A stretch of DNA of 63,270 nucleotides, filler included, from Octopus bimaculoides (lineage: Eukaryota), in NCBI RefSeq assembly GCF_001194135.2. It is 5 parts of 5 records of this genome, joined end to end, with 100 filler letters (N's around TTAATTAATTAA, not from the genome) between each part and the next. Parts side by side here need not be neighbours in the genome. Positions count along the whole stretch, not along the records: positions 52,108 to 63,270 come from NC_068999.1; 4 more parts are not named here. One strand, given 5' to 3'. The notes under the pieces were generated by a model that saw only the letters and a program-made list of their open reading frames with translations, was not told the origin of the DNA and did not search any database. Numbering within the stretch: position 1 is the stretch's first letter; the number at the start of each line of letters is the position of its first letter. Shown here one piece after another: positions 62,906-63,270 of this stretch. The position numbers and the translations under genes are program-made.

Positions 62906-63193
62906 TTACAAAAAAATAGCACCAAAATCGGATCTTTATGGTTTGACGGGCAACACTTGTTTTCTTAACGAAACACTTTCAAACTTGGGATACTGGTAGA
63001 ATGTGTCATATAAAACATCTTTTTCTCTTAGCCTTCTTAACAAAAATTACTTCTTAATAAGTTATTTCATGTTAAAGTTGTCGTATTTCTGTAATTTCAA
63101 CCAATCACTGACGTCTATTCAGTTGAATACAGTTAGTGCTGTTCGGTGTCAAGTGTGTTATTCCCTGTTTAATTATATCATTATTCCCTAGTA

Positions 63194-63270
63194 AGGGTTT
63201 AGGGTTCGGGTTTTAGAGTTAGGTTGGGGTTAGGGTTAGGGTTATGAGTTATAGGGTTAGGGTTAAGGTT
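63194..63270 (+). repeat. Degenerate (TTAGGG)n telomere-like tract at the window edge
   Basis: Perfect TTAGGG at 63199, 63230, 63236 and 63257, among variant units. Confidence 0.7.

Noticed and set aside
62822-62910. Regularly spaced repeat as a CRISPR-like array
   Set aside because: Only three 15-bp units with related spacers, in a eukaryotic context with no cas genes.

Overview
AT-rich, microsatellite- and SINE-dense animal genomic DNA with many N-gaps. The repeat families and gap style resemble an Octopus/cephalopod assembly (inference from recognition, no search run). Two host genes are supported. (1) A 3-exon, 152-aa four-TM claudin/PMP22-superfamily gene on + (4226-4379, 6698-6850, 10499-10650), with canonical GT-AG splice sites and matching phases. 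(2) An intronless caspase-3/7-like CDS on + (59914-60759, 281 aa) whose catalytic QACRG reads QASRG and whose second S1-pocket Arg is Gly, i.e. a predicted catalytically dead pseudo-caspase. It is followed by a 42-bp inverted repeat and, about 2 kb further, three evenly spaced NF-kB consensus sites. The rest is TE debris: several tRNA-derived SINE families (some with 11-12 bp TSDs), R4/Dong-type RLE LINE fragments often abutting (AAT)n tracts, L1/Tx1, CR1-like, mariner, Tigger/pogo, hAT (Buster/ZBED5-like) and Helitron remnants. There are also near-perfect palindromes, simple repeats and several promoter-like motif clusters (X-box+CCAAT; paired E-boxes+CCAAT+E2F) with no gene yet assigned. No rRNA, true tRNA gene or CRISPR array is supported.
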